Source: Octopus sinensis
Taxonomy: Eukaryota
Assembly: GCF_006345805.1 (NCBI RefSeq)
Contig: NC_043003.1
Coordinates: 7,192,001 to 7,256,000 of the forward strand
DNA: 64,000 nucleotides
Direction: 5' to 3'
A model generated the notes under the pieces. It had not been told where the DNA came from, searched no databases, and was given only the letters and a program-made list of their open reading frames with translations. Shown here piece after piece: positions 37,930 through 64,000 of the stretch (position 1 is its first letter; every line of letters starts with the position of its first letter). Made by a program: the position numbers and the translations under genes.

Positions 37930-40830
37930 TGCGTAGAGTGTGCCATCTCAGGTAATGAGCGCATAGTGTGCCATCTGAGGTGATGTGTTTATTTGTGTGT
38001 ATATCCTTGAACCGCCACCCTCAGACCAAACTGACCAAACGATTTCTTTTCTTGTCTTTTCTCTTAAACATACTCACGTGTGGACACGTATTAGTGAACA
38101 TTCATATTTTGTTTATATTTACTAGTGGTCCCCGTGAATATTTCACACCATCAGGGGAGATATCATGCCTGCCCGATGCCCAAGCCACGCTGATTAGCAT
38201 CGCCCGGTTCGGGAAGTTTTGTAAGATCCTTCTTATGCTCCCGAAAACGGCCCACGTGCTGGTGGCTGATAACCTCGCATCCTCAATCGAGGAAGTCCTA
38301 GAATCTGGTCGACCTGGCGATTGGAATCAACTGTTTTATTTTGCTCTGCTTGCAATTGGTCTTCCCAACACCGCCGCCGATCGGGCTGGCGTCCATAACT
38401 AGCGTGTTCGAATATGCTGCATTCCACTCATTCACGCGCCCGCAGTCCTTCACTTTTGACGCCAGCTCAAAGCATTTACGTGACTGGGTAAACGCTAAAC
38501 TTATCGAGGACGATGTCTCAACGGCGGTCAGAATTGTCGCCACTGATGACACCGTCCTCTTTCCTGCTGAAGAGATCTTTGCTCACTCCTGAGCCACCTG
38601 CAAACCTCAGACCCATGTCCTCACCCGATTTTCAAGCGCCGTACCTGGCTTACAAGAAAGATATCCTCTCTGCTCTGAGATCTTTCTCTGCCAGTAACGG
38701 CGGAGGTGCCGACAGTCTCCGACCCGGCCCTTCCAAAGACTTGATGTCTCCACTTACTGCCGAAGCCAGCTGCCGCTTGCTGAGCGCAACTACGGCTCAG
38801 ATTCATTCACCAGGTCCTGGACCCTTATCTCCGAAGCCTCTTCTTTTCATCTCGCCTAATTGCTCCCAAGAAGGACAGGGGCACGTGTCTCATCACTGTA
38901 GCCAATATCTTCTGTAGACTCGCGGCCAAAGTCATCTGCAGTTCTGTCGCACCTGAATTAGGTGAGGAACTCAGCCCGGTACCACCGGGGGCCGGCACAG
39001 CCAGTGGGTGTGAGGGAGCCACCCATACCGTTAGACAGTTCTTCAATGACTGTCCTCCTGAGTCGACATCGAGATATTCCAAGCGCCTCTTTGTCAAAGT
39101 TGACTTTGAAAAATGCTTTCAGCTGTCTGCACCGTGACCACTTGCGCCAGGCCTGACTCAGCCGTGATCCATCTACCTACCCGTTGGCTTGCCTGTTGTA
39201 CGGGACTCCGAACATGCTCCTCACCTTAGATAAGGGACTGGCGTTCAACAGGGCGATCCACTGGGCTCCCTCTTGTTCGCTCTCGAGGTGGAGAGCATTG
39301 CTTGGTACATCGTGGCTCCTTTCAACGTCTGATACTTGGACAATGCGACGATAGGTGGGCCGTTAGAGAGTGTCTGCTATGATCTTTGATCAGTGGTTTC
39401 CGCTCTAGCGAGAGCCGGCCTCAAGATAGAGTCATACAAGTCAGGGGTTGTGAACATCAACGATGGGGCTTTGCGATCTCCGTTTTAGACGTACGTTTAC
39501 TACTTCACCAGGTACAGGCAACCTCGAAAGAGAACGTCCTTATCCTCGGTTCACCGATCTTCCCGCCTGCCATTCACTCCATCTCATGTCTAAGCTTCGC
39601 CAGCTTGAAAGATCAACGAACAGACTGAATGTGAGCGGCGCCCACCCAGTACTGTTCCTGTTAAGGATCTGCTTCATCATGTCTAAGTTATTGCATACCT
39701 TTTGCAGTGCCCCTTGCATTAGCCTCATATCTCTCACGCGGATCTCGAACCCTGAATCCAACTGAACGCCGAAGAGGTATGCAACGTTTGGTTCGACGAC
39801 ACCGGATGGCAGTAGGCTATCTTACCCATCAAGTATAGCAGCTTCGGCTTTCACTGGCCCTGTCGGCTTTCCCCTCGTCAGTGACCTCTTGCTATGTCTT
39901 CATTAACAGGGTTCTCCACAACACAACCGACCCATCTCTGATCGGAGAGCGCGAGGTGGCTTACGCCACATGAAGCCTGCTCGGCCCGCGCCCTGCCAAC
40001 ATCCATCTTCATCTCCTCTGTGTGGATGTCTGATCCGCTCAAAAGAAAAGGGTTGCCATCAAGTTTCGCATGATCACAGACGAGTTAGTGCGCCGACTTG
40101 ACCAGCACCATCTGGCATGTTTCCGCTCAGCCTCTGAGCCTCAAAGCAGAGCTTGGTTAAATGCGGTGCCATCACTCGCGGCCGGCACTCAGTCTGTTAG
40201 CAACTGTCTTGGTATCGGCGTTTCCCTCACACTTGGCCTCCATATTTGTGAGCCTCAATGAATACCTCTACGGACCCACTAGGGATTTGTTCGGCCTCCG
40301 CCCACTGTCATGCCATCATAGTGCTGGCCGCCTTCCATGCCATACCACCCTTAAGAAAATCACAAAGCGCAGTCTCGACGCCGCAAGCTGTCCTTCCCAG
40401 CACGAGCCAGTAGAGCTAGACTGATGGAACGGTAAAAGGCATGTGGTATGATTATTTTCCTGTTCCGTGACGGCAGGCTCCTCATCTAAGATGTCACACG
40501 CTGTGATAACTTCTCTAGCGGTAACTTGGTGTGTTCAGCTATCAGACAGGGCCCCGATGCTCGTCAGGCTGAGAAAAGCAAACTGTCAAGGTACCAGTCG
40601 CTCTATGGCAAGTCGAACCTGTGGCAACGGAGATCTCCGGCGTCCTCGGTTCCCGGACCAATATACCCGCTCACCACTATCGAGGCGGAGATGTCTATCC
40701 GGAAGTGTGAGCTCCATGTGTCAGAACGGCTGTTCCAGCGCATCTCTCTCGCTATTTTGTCTGTTAGGGCCGTGAAGTGGTCTGAATTACCTACAGAAAA
40801 TTGTACGTTCCACTCCTTAATGTAAAATTA
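37930..40830 (+). pseudogene. Decayed CRE-like (RLE-endonuclease) non-LTR retrotransposon
   Basis: GC-rich block; SFSASNGGGADSLRPG, VKVDFE, GVQQGDPLGSLLFAL (39240-39284), YLDNATIG (39333), AWLNAVP and an RLE-like C-terminus; many stops and frameshifts. Confidence 0.75.
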
Positions 40831-40850
40831 CTCCATAACACAATGTTTAA

Positions 40851-41490
40851 AGGCGGCGAGCTGGCAGAAGCGTTGGCACGCCGGGCGAAATGCGTGACCG
40901 TATTTCGTCTGCCGTTACGTTCTGAGTTCAAATTCCGCCGAGGTCGACTTTGCCTTTCATCCTTTCGGGGTCGATTAAATAAGTACCAGTTACGCACTGG
41001 GGTCGATATAATCAACTTAATCCGTTTGTCTGTCCTTGTTTGTCCTCTCTGTGTTTAGCCCCTTGTGGGTAGTAAAAAAATAGGTATTTCGTCTGTCGTT
41101 ACGTTCTGAGTTCAAATTCCACCGAGGTCGACTTTGCCTTTCATCCTTTCGGGGTCGATTAAATAAGTACCAGTAACGCACTGGGGTCGATATAATCAAC
41201 TTAATCCGTTTGTCTGTCCTTGTTTGTCCTCTCTGTGTTTAGCCCCTTGTGGGTAGTAAAGAAATAGGTATTTCGTCTGTCGTTACGTTCTGAGTTCAAA
41301 TTCCACCGAGGTCGACTTTGCCTTTCATCCTTTCGGGGTCGATTAAATAAGTACCACTTACGCACTGGGGTCGATATAATCAACTTAATCCGTTTGTCTG
41401 TCCTTGTTTGTCTTCTCTGTGTTTAGCCCCTTGTGGGTAGTAAAGAAATAGGTATTTCGTCTGTCGTTATGTTCTGAGTTCAAATTTCGG
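40851..41490 (+). mobile_element. SINE family 3 tandem array, 184-bp units (about 3.5 copies)
   Basis: TAGGTATTTC junction at 41081, 41265 and 41449. Confidence 0.9.
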
Positions 41491-42204
41491 TGAATTGCGT
41501 GTCATCGCAGGTGATGACTTCACCTATCATTCTTTGGGATTTGGTAAAATATATACTAGTTGAGTACCGAGTGGATGTGATGAGGTTGCTGCCTCTTCAA
41601 AACTTCTTTCCTTTTACCTGTAGGAGGAAAGAATGATTAATGGCAGGGAGCAGGTATGATCAGTGCCGCGCCGGACATATTACTTTGTAGTGTATCTCTT
41701 CTGACTCTTTACAATCAAAGTTCAAACTCCACCCAGGCCAACTTTGTCGTTCATCCTTTCGGGCTCAATAAAATAAGTACCAGTTGATCATTGGGGTCGA
41801 CGAGTTATCCCCTCCTGTAAAATTGCTGGCCTTGTGCCAAAATTTGAAACCGTTATGTGTGGTAGAAAAAAACTAAGACATTTATTTGGTTGAAGAAGGT
41901 TTTATTTCTTTTAAATTATAGAAAAATATTTACAATAAGAATTGAATTTACAAATGCTGTAACCTGCAAAATGTAAATATTGAATCGAAGGAGTGTCGTA
42001 TATTTTTATTCAATCCATTTGCCAAGCAACAACCTAAAATTAATTCAGATTCATGTTAAGGAGGTAAATTTGTTAATCGCAAACATTTACTGCTATCTTT
42101 CAGACGTCGGAATCTGGACTGGTTAAACAAGCTGAGCCGACGTTCAACGAACCGAAACAGAAATTTCTTTTTGCTATAGAAAAGAGGAGGATTTTTTTTC
42201 GTAA

Positions 42205-42446
42205 AAGTTATCTCTTTTAGACTCTTTTAATTGTTTCAGTCATTTGACTGCGGCCATGCTGGAGCACCGCCTTTAATCGAGCAACTCAACCCCGGGACTT
42301 ATTCTTTGTAAGCCCAGTACTTATTCTATCGGTCTCTTTTGCCGAACCGCTAAGATACGGGGATGTAAACACACCAGCATCGGTTGTCAAGCAATGCTAG
42401 GTTGACAAACACAGATACACAAACACATACACACACACGTATATAT

Positions 42447-42496
<50 letters not shown>

Positions 42497-42662
42497 TACG
42501 ACAGGCTTCTTTCAGTTTCCGTCTACCAAATCCACTCACAAGGCTTTGGTCGGCCCGAGGCTATAGTAGAAGACACTTGCCTAAGATGCCACGCAGTGGG
42601 ACTGAACCCGGAACCATGTGGTTGGTTAGCAAGCTACTTACCACACAGCCACTCCTGCGCCT
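42205..42662 (-). mobile_element. SINE family 2
   Basis: Matches 12301-12748. Confidence 0.85.
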
Positions 42663-44110
42663 ATAATGTTTTCTTTGATGATAAAGTAAAATATGTTATG
42701 AATTGTAACGAATATTCATGTACCTATTCTGCAGTTTAGATTAGTTCTGTTAATATAAAAAGATATTTGATAAAACAAAAAGGCAATATATATATATAGG
42801 TTGGTTCATCTTCATTTAACAGAAAGGGAAAAATATCTTTATTCACAAATATAATCTGGAATGATTTAAAGTCTTTGAAACTTTAAAATTTCTCAAATTG
42901 ACTAGAAATGGTGAAATTTGAATAACCAGATATTTGAGGAGCATAAAACATTAGTTTCTTAGATATATACAAAACCTTAGATTATTTATAGTTATCGCCA
43001 TACTAATATGACAGTCTATAAATAAGACTAAAGTATGGCGATAACTATTAATATCTAGTAACGCTGCCGTAATCTCCTTTAGAGAGACTTAGTAATTTTA
43101 ATATTTCTAATACTTAGATTATTTATTTGATGGTTAAATGGAATTGTGATGTGTCACCTTCATACTTTTAATCATGAAATAAAGGCGCAAAATATTGAGT
43201 ATGTGGGATTAAAAATGGGTCTTTTATTACTACAAATATTTTGATTTGTCTGGTGCATGAATCGTCTGCTAAAGCAGCTCAGCAATGTTGCCAGTAGTAT
43301 CAGAAGTTCATCTGGTTTGAACATTACAATGAATTTTCTCCGACCTTCGCTCCATTAACTCAGATGTACTCCAAAGCTAACCGTTGTCACCATCGGTTTT
43401 TTCCCCCCCAAGTAACAGCTTCATCGTGGAGTTTTTGTTTTATTGTCACTTATCTGAGTTCAAACTCATATGCACTTTTACTCAGATAGAAAGTACACTT
43501 CTCGCTCATGTCCCGAAGTTAGGTCAAGTTCAAATGCAATGTAAATATTCTTAGTAAAATATTTTTCATTCTTCATAAACAATCTGTTCAGAAATCTCTT
43601 GAAATACGGACTTGACAAATTAGTTTCAGTGAATAAAGAATAATAAAAGAAAGGAAGTCTTTACATAACTCAGGAAAATAAGATAACGAAGTAGCCTCTA
43701 TAGGATCACTTGATATGCTAGAAATACCAACTAAATCTCACTCATCTTAAAAAAGAACGGATACATTGAATAATGTCTCGCAACCTCATTCAGGCGGTAA
43801 TTTAGTGCCCCACCATTTTGCTACGTATGTCATTTTACTGATTCAGAGATCGGTAATCTGTCAATTATTTTTGGATATTTAACCAGAAGTTAAATTATTT
43901 TCTGTCTCCTTTCTTTATTTAGACAGTCATCAAACCACAAGGAAGCTGTTTTACTTTGCTCTGTCTATTGTTCGCTTTCTCTTTTGGTTTCATTACCACA
44001 GACATGATCGGTTCCCTTTTCAGTTGCCTACAAATTTCGAGACATATTCAACTGATTGAGAAATCATTTTGCATTTGTTATTTCTCCCAGTTTATAAACA
44101 TGTATGTTGT

Positions 44111-44379
44111 ATGTTCTGTTGTGTCTGGGGAGAGTCATTTTCTTTTTGTGCCTTCACACTCACCGGTAAAATTTCCACTTTTTTCTTATTTTCATTTTCC
44201 TAAAATTTTCGTTGCGTCTTGCAACGTTTGCAATATTTTTGAAACTATTGAAAAGGTTGCAAGACGCAATGAAAATTTTAGGAAAATAAAAATAAGAAAT
44301 AAGTGGAAATTTTACCGGTGAGTGTGTTATATTATAAGACACAAAAAGAAAATGACTCTCCCCAGACACAATAGAATAT
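44111..44379. repeat. Inverted repeat, arms 115-124 bp, 30-bp spacer
   Basis: 44111-44225 versus 44256-44379. Confidence 0.85.
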
Positions 44380-45594
44380 GCTTCAACACACGAACTCATA
44401 TAAAGAATCTTGCCAACCAAATCCCAAAACGAAATATGTTGTATGTGTTTTCTCTTTATGGCCGACCATTATCTTTTAGTACACATTTGCCTTTAAAAAT
44501 AAGAAAATACAAACACTTTCTACAATGGCCAAATATTTTGCAAAACCGCGAACGTATGTTTCTAAATTTTCGACAACTCATGAAAAGGTTGCTTTGATTG
44601 GTCTTATTGCATTTTTTCCTATTCTATACTTAAGTTACTGTCCTGCTACAAACCCGTTTTCAAGAACCATGTCCTGCCTAGCTATCATTGAATTATTGTA
44701 TCAATAAGACCGGAAGGGGTTTCTTTCTTGCTTTCTTTGTTTTTTTATTTTAAAATGTTTCTTGGGCTGTGGGACTCATGAGATCGGTTACCCAGTTTCC
44801 AAAGCGTATAAGTGACCGAGATCACAACACTCCTGAACGGGGCGTATATACTTTGCCGGGTTCAAGGCCCGCAATTGATAAGGTGAGGCCTTGAAGTCTG
44901 CAACGTACTAAGCAGCTCTTTAAGAAACGGCATAAAATGCTACCTATAAAGCTGTCTTTCAGACTGCAAGTCTACGTCGTATTCAACACATCCAGAAGTT
45001 GCAATTCTCCCGAAAGGATATGTTATTTTATTCACAAAACATTTACACATCTTCATACCGAATTTATATCAGAGCCACGTCGTCTCAACATTCTGCAGAC
45101 ACGACTTCACAACCTATACAACCAGTTACAAACAAGGCTAACAAATAAGTAGACTCAAAGTGGCACCTATCAAACCCTAACAATCTCTCTTCCTACGACT
45201 CATACCAGAAAACATCAGCTTCGACCAAATGTTGCACTCAGCAACAAAACACATGCGTAGAAGATAAAAATACCAGTAAAAAAAAACCCAGCAAGTCTAT
45301 ATTTACTAAATAACAAAAACGAGCACAAAGCAAGCTAAACAATATATAAACATACTTCTAAATGTCACTAGCTGATCACGGTCAACCTGAGATTAAATAA
45401 CAAAGGCAAGTATACTGGATTGGGAATAAAATACAATTTGCTCACATTGCACTACATACGATTATTCGCCATATCTTCAAATGCGAAATGAGAGCTTTAT
45501 TCAGGAGGGGACAAGCGTATCTGAAGCTAGGGATCTGATACTGGATTATCAGATAATTTCGTCTGCTCCACCACTTTTATTGTAATCCTTTCTA

Positions 45595-45998
45595 ATACTC
45601 TTTACTCTTTTACTCTTTTACTTGTTTCTGTCTTTTGACTGCGGCCATGCTGGAGCACCGCCTTTAGTCGAGCAAATCGACCCCGGGACTTATTCTTTGT
45701 AAGCCTAGTACTTATTCTATCGGTTTCTTTTGCCGAACCGCTAAGATACGGGGACGTAAAGACACCAGCATCGGTTGTCAAGCGATGTTGTGGGGACAAA
45801 TACAGACACACAAACACACATACACACACTCACATATACATGTATAGGACGGGCTTCTTTCAGTTTCCGCCTACCAAATCCACCCACAAGGCTTTGGTCA
45901 ACCCAAGGCTATAGTAGAAGACACTTGACCAAGCAGTGGGACTGAACCCGGAACCACGTGGTTAGTAAGCAAGCTACTTACCACGCAGCCACTCCTAC
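45595..45998 (-). mobile_element. SINE family 2
   Basis: Matches 12301-12748. Confidence 0.85.
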
Positions 45999-47030
45999 GC
46001 TTAATGTTAATTGAATTAACACGAACAATATTTTTATTGTCGCATTTCATGTGTTTTTTTTAGCTCTATTCTTCCTCTACAATTTTTGAAATTTGAATAA
46101 ATTTTACCTTTTCAAACATATGACGAAGTACCAAGTAAAAATTAAATAAACAAAAAAAAACGAAGACCTTTATCTGACAACTCAATACATCGTATTTATT
46201 CATTCAACTGAATCCCAGTCGATCTGGATTGATCTAGGGATTATACGACGCCATTACTACTATCTTTGAATCTCCGATAACCGTTCACAACAGATTTGGA
46301 TTTTTCCCATAGCAGCCAGCTCTTCGTGAGTTGTTTTCGATTCCTTTCAATTTATGTCATAAACATCACAATTCTTTTTTGTTCTTCTCCTAAAAATATT
46401 AACTTTCATATATTTTATCTGGAGAAAGAATCACAGAAACTTTTACGTGTACTCTGTTTGGGACTCTAGAGTACTGTGACAGCTTACTGCGATATACTTT
46501 TAAAAAATAAAAGGCAAATTTTCTTTCATACTGCGAGTACAGTACTAATTTCCCGGAAACTGGTTGTCTGGAACCTCTTGTAATTTGCCCTAATTTACGA
46601 GTGGAAATCTTCAAATTTCCGCGGTTGCCAGACTGAGTGACCATATTTTACAGTACTTTGCACAATACAGTATTAATACATTGTGCATGGCTAAGTGGTT
46701 TGGGTATTCGGCTCAAGATTGTAAGGTCGTAGGTTCGATTCCCGGTGGCGTGTTGTGTCCTTGAGCAAGACACGTTATTTCAAGTTGCTCCAGTTTGCTA
46801 GAAAATGCCAAACATGAGTAGTACCTGTATTTTAAAGAGCCAGTCTTGTCCAATTCTGTGTCACGCCGAATCTCCCTGAGAACTACGTTGAGGGGTACGC
46901 ATGTCTGTGGGGTGCTCAGCCACTTGCACGTTAATTTCACGAGCAAGCTCTTCCGTTGATTGGATCAACTGAAACTCTCGTCGCCGTAAGCGACGCAGTG
47001 CCCGTTATTCTGCAATCACATCATTTATAC

Positions 47031-47277
47031 CAGGGGTTCTCAAACGGGGACCACATGACCGTTAGGGGTCCTTATAAGATTTGTTAAAAATTATGTGCTC
47101 CAGATCGGTTATTCTTCTTCGAGACACGAAGTATTTTAACAATTTTTTCAAATACAATTCTTTATAATATTTAATTCTAAAATTACAATAGAATTTTTAA
47201 AACTTCAAATGGTTATGAGGGTCCAGTAGAATAGGAATCGGAGGGGTCAACGGGCAAAAAATGGTTGGGAACCACTG
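47031..47277. mobile_element. hAT-type MITE with 8-bp TSD
   Basis: CAGGGGTTCTCAAAC...GGTTGGGAACCACTG flanked on both sides by ATTTATAC. Confidence 0.85.
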
Positions 47278-47424
47278 ATTTATACTAATGTACAGGTACC
47301 TGTATTTCATTTAACTGTTTAAATAAATTCAATATTTGTTTAATTTAGAGGTGACCATTCTTGGTTCGGAATGTTAGTAATAGGGAAGGGCTTCGGAATC
47401 TAAGGTTCCCGAAAATCGATCTGG

Positions 47425-47738
47425 TATTTACTCTTTTACTCTTTTATTTGTTTCAGTCATTTTGATTGCGACCATGCTGGAGCACCGCCTTTAGTCGAAC
47501 AAATCGACCCTACAACTTATTCTTTGTAAGCCTAGTACTTATTCTATCTGATTTCTACTGCCGAACCGCTAAGTTACGGGGACGTAATCAAACCAACATC
47601 GGTTGTCAAGCGATGGTGGAGGGTGTGTGACAAACACAGGCATACAAAAATATATGTATATAGTGCACTGTTGTGTCATTCAAGACATTATTTTTTTACA
47701 AACAATACACAATGCTTCAAGCGAACTACAATACTCTC

Positions 47739-47793
<55 letters not shown>

Positions 47794-47945
47794 CGACGGG
47801 CTTCTTTCAGTTTCCGTTTGCCAAATCCACTCACAAGGCTTTGGTCAGCCCAAGGCTATAGAAGACACTTGCCCAAGGTGCTGCGCAGTGGGACTGAACC
47901 CAGAACCATGTGATTGGTAAGCAAGCTAGTTATAATGCAGCCACT
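47425..47945 (-). mobile_element. SINE family 2 with internal insert
   Basis: Matches 12301-12748. Confidence 0.75.
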
Positions 47946-48417
47946 CTTATTAATTTCATTTGACTACCACCCGCCATTAATTATTTCAAAGTTACCTGGT
48001 TATTCGTAAATTAATATAATTTATAAAATTTACGTGGATTTAGTTTTAATATTTTATAGAAAACTAAACTATTCATAATTGTTTCGAAACTGGAATACAA
48101 TTTTGAGGGGAGGGGGACATTGTCGTTTTAACCGACCCCAGTTCCTGACTGGTATTTTATTTCATTGACTCTAGAGGAGAGAAAGGCAAGCCGGCTTCCG
48201 CAGCATCTGAACCCAGATCGTGAAGAGCCGGAATAAGTACCGCGAGGCATTTTGTGCGACGTACCAAAGATTTTGCCAGGTCATAACTCCAAAGAAAATT
48301 TTTAATAATAAATAATTAATAATATCATTAAAATAAAAAAAAAAACTGAAAAAAAATTACAAAAATAAATTTTAGAATAAATACATAAAATATTTTAAAA
48401 ACCTAATTTCAGTTAGG

Positions 48418-63440
<15,023 letters not shown>

Positions 63441-63694
63441 CTGAATGAAAAGATGCACAGTATTAGTGAATCAAATTTGCATTATTTCTCTCCTTTTTAC
63501 TTCTTCTCATCCATCTTTCTTTGTTTTTCTCTGTCTCTTTCTCTACCCCCACCCCAGGAGTGCGCATACACACTCATGTAAGCATAGATACTTTCACATA
63601 TACGCATATATATATACATATATATAACACATGTGCATCTGTGTGTGTGTGGTCTGCATTTTATGACAAAGAATGACGTGCATAATATTTTGCA

Positions 63695-63849
63695 GACGTG
63701 GCTGTGTGGTAAGATGTTTGATTTCCAACCACATGGATCCAGGTTCAGTCCCACTGCGTGACACTTTGGGCAAGTGTCTTCTACGATACCCTCGAACCGA
63801 CCAAAGCCTTCTGAGTGGATTTGGTAGACGGAAACTGAAAGAAGCCTAT

Positions 63850-63881
<32 letters not shown>

Positions 63882-64000
63882 ATATATATATATATATATG
63901 CATGTGTATGTGTGCGTGTGTATGTTTGTGTGTGTGCTTGCGTTTGTCTCCGTAAATTAGCGGTTCGGCAAATGAAAGCGATAGAATAAGTAGCAGGCTT
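63695..64000 (+). mobile_element. SINE family 2 (runs off the window)
   Basis: Matches 12301-12748. Confidence 0.75.

Noticed and set aside
40851-41490. CRISPR-like array
   Set aside because: 184-bp near-identical SINE units with no unique spacers and no cas genes, in a eukaryotic context.
42040-42180. Possible exon (acceptor-like sites on both strands)
   Set aside because: No recognisable domain and no donor or partner exon; it lies beyond the ETS stop codon.
45040-45110. Alternative last ETS exon (YKFG on minus)
   Set aside because: An in-frame TGA directly precedes YKFG and there is no suitable acceptor; 48418-48523 fits phase and motif.

Overview
AT-rich, repeat-dense animal genomic DNA, probably from an octopus (inferred from the SINE families and the (TA)n, (TACA)n and (TCTA)n microsatellites). 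I found one host gene, missed by the ORF track: a minus-strand ETS transcription factor of the ESE type (ELF3/EHF/ELF5-like). It has six coding exons in the window (63338-63440, 61507-61764 Pointed domain, 59758-60063, 56462-56695, 51372-51558 and 48418-48523 ETS domain), and its start codon lies upstream of the window or was not found. Its ETS recognition helix and wing are unusually divergent. The rest is SINEs (three families), LINE remnants (RTE, CR1, Tx1/L1, R4-like, CRE-like), a Penelope-like GIY-YIG remnant, mariner/Tc1, hAT MITEs, Helitrons and a solo LTR. The most notable structure is a set of about nine minimal type I hammerhead ribozyme motifs in about five unrelated repeat families. 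Nearly all have a self-complementary helix III, as in dimer-type Penelope-associated hammerheads. Two pairs sit near the outer ends of foldback palindromes (0.7 kb and 3.6 kb), and two copies lie in the sense orientation inside introns of the ETS gene. All structure and family calls were made by eye; no searches were run.
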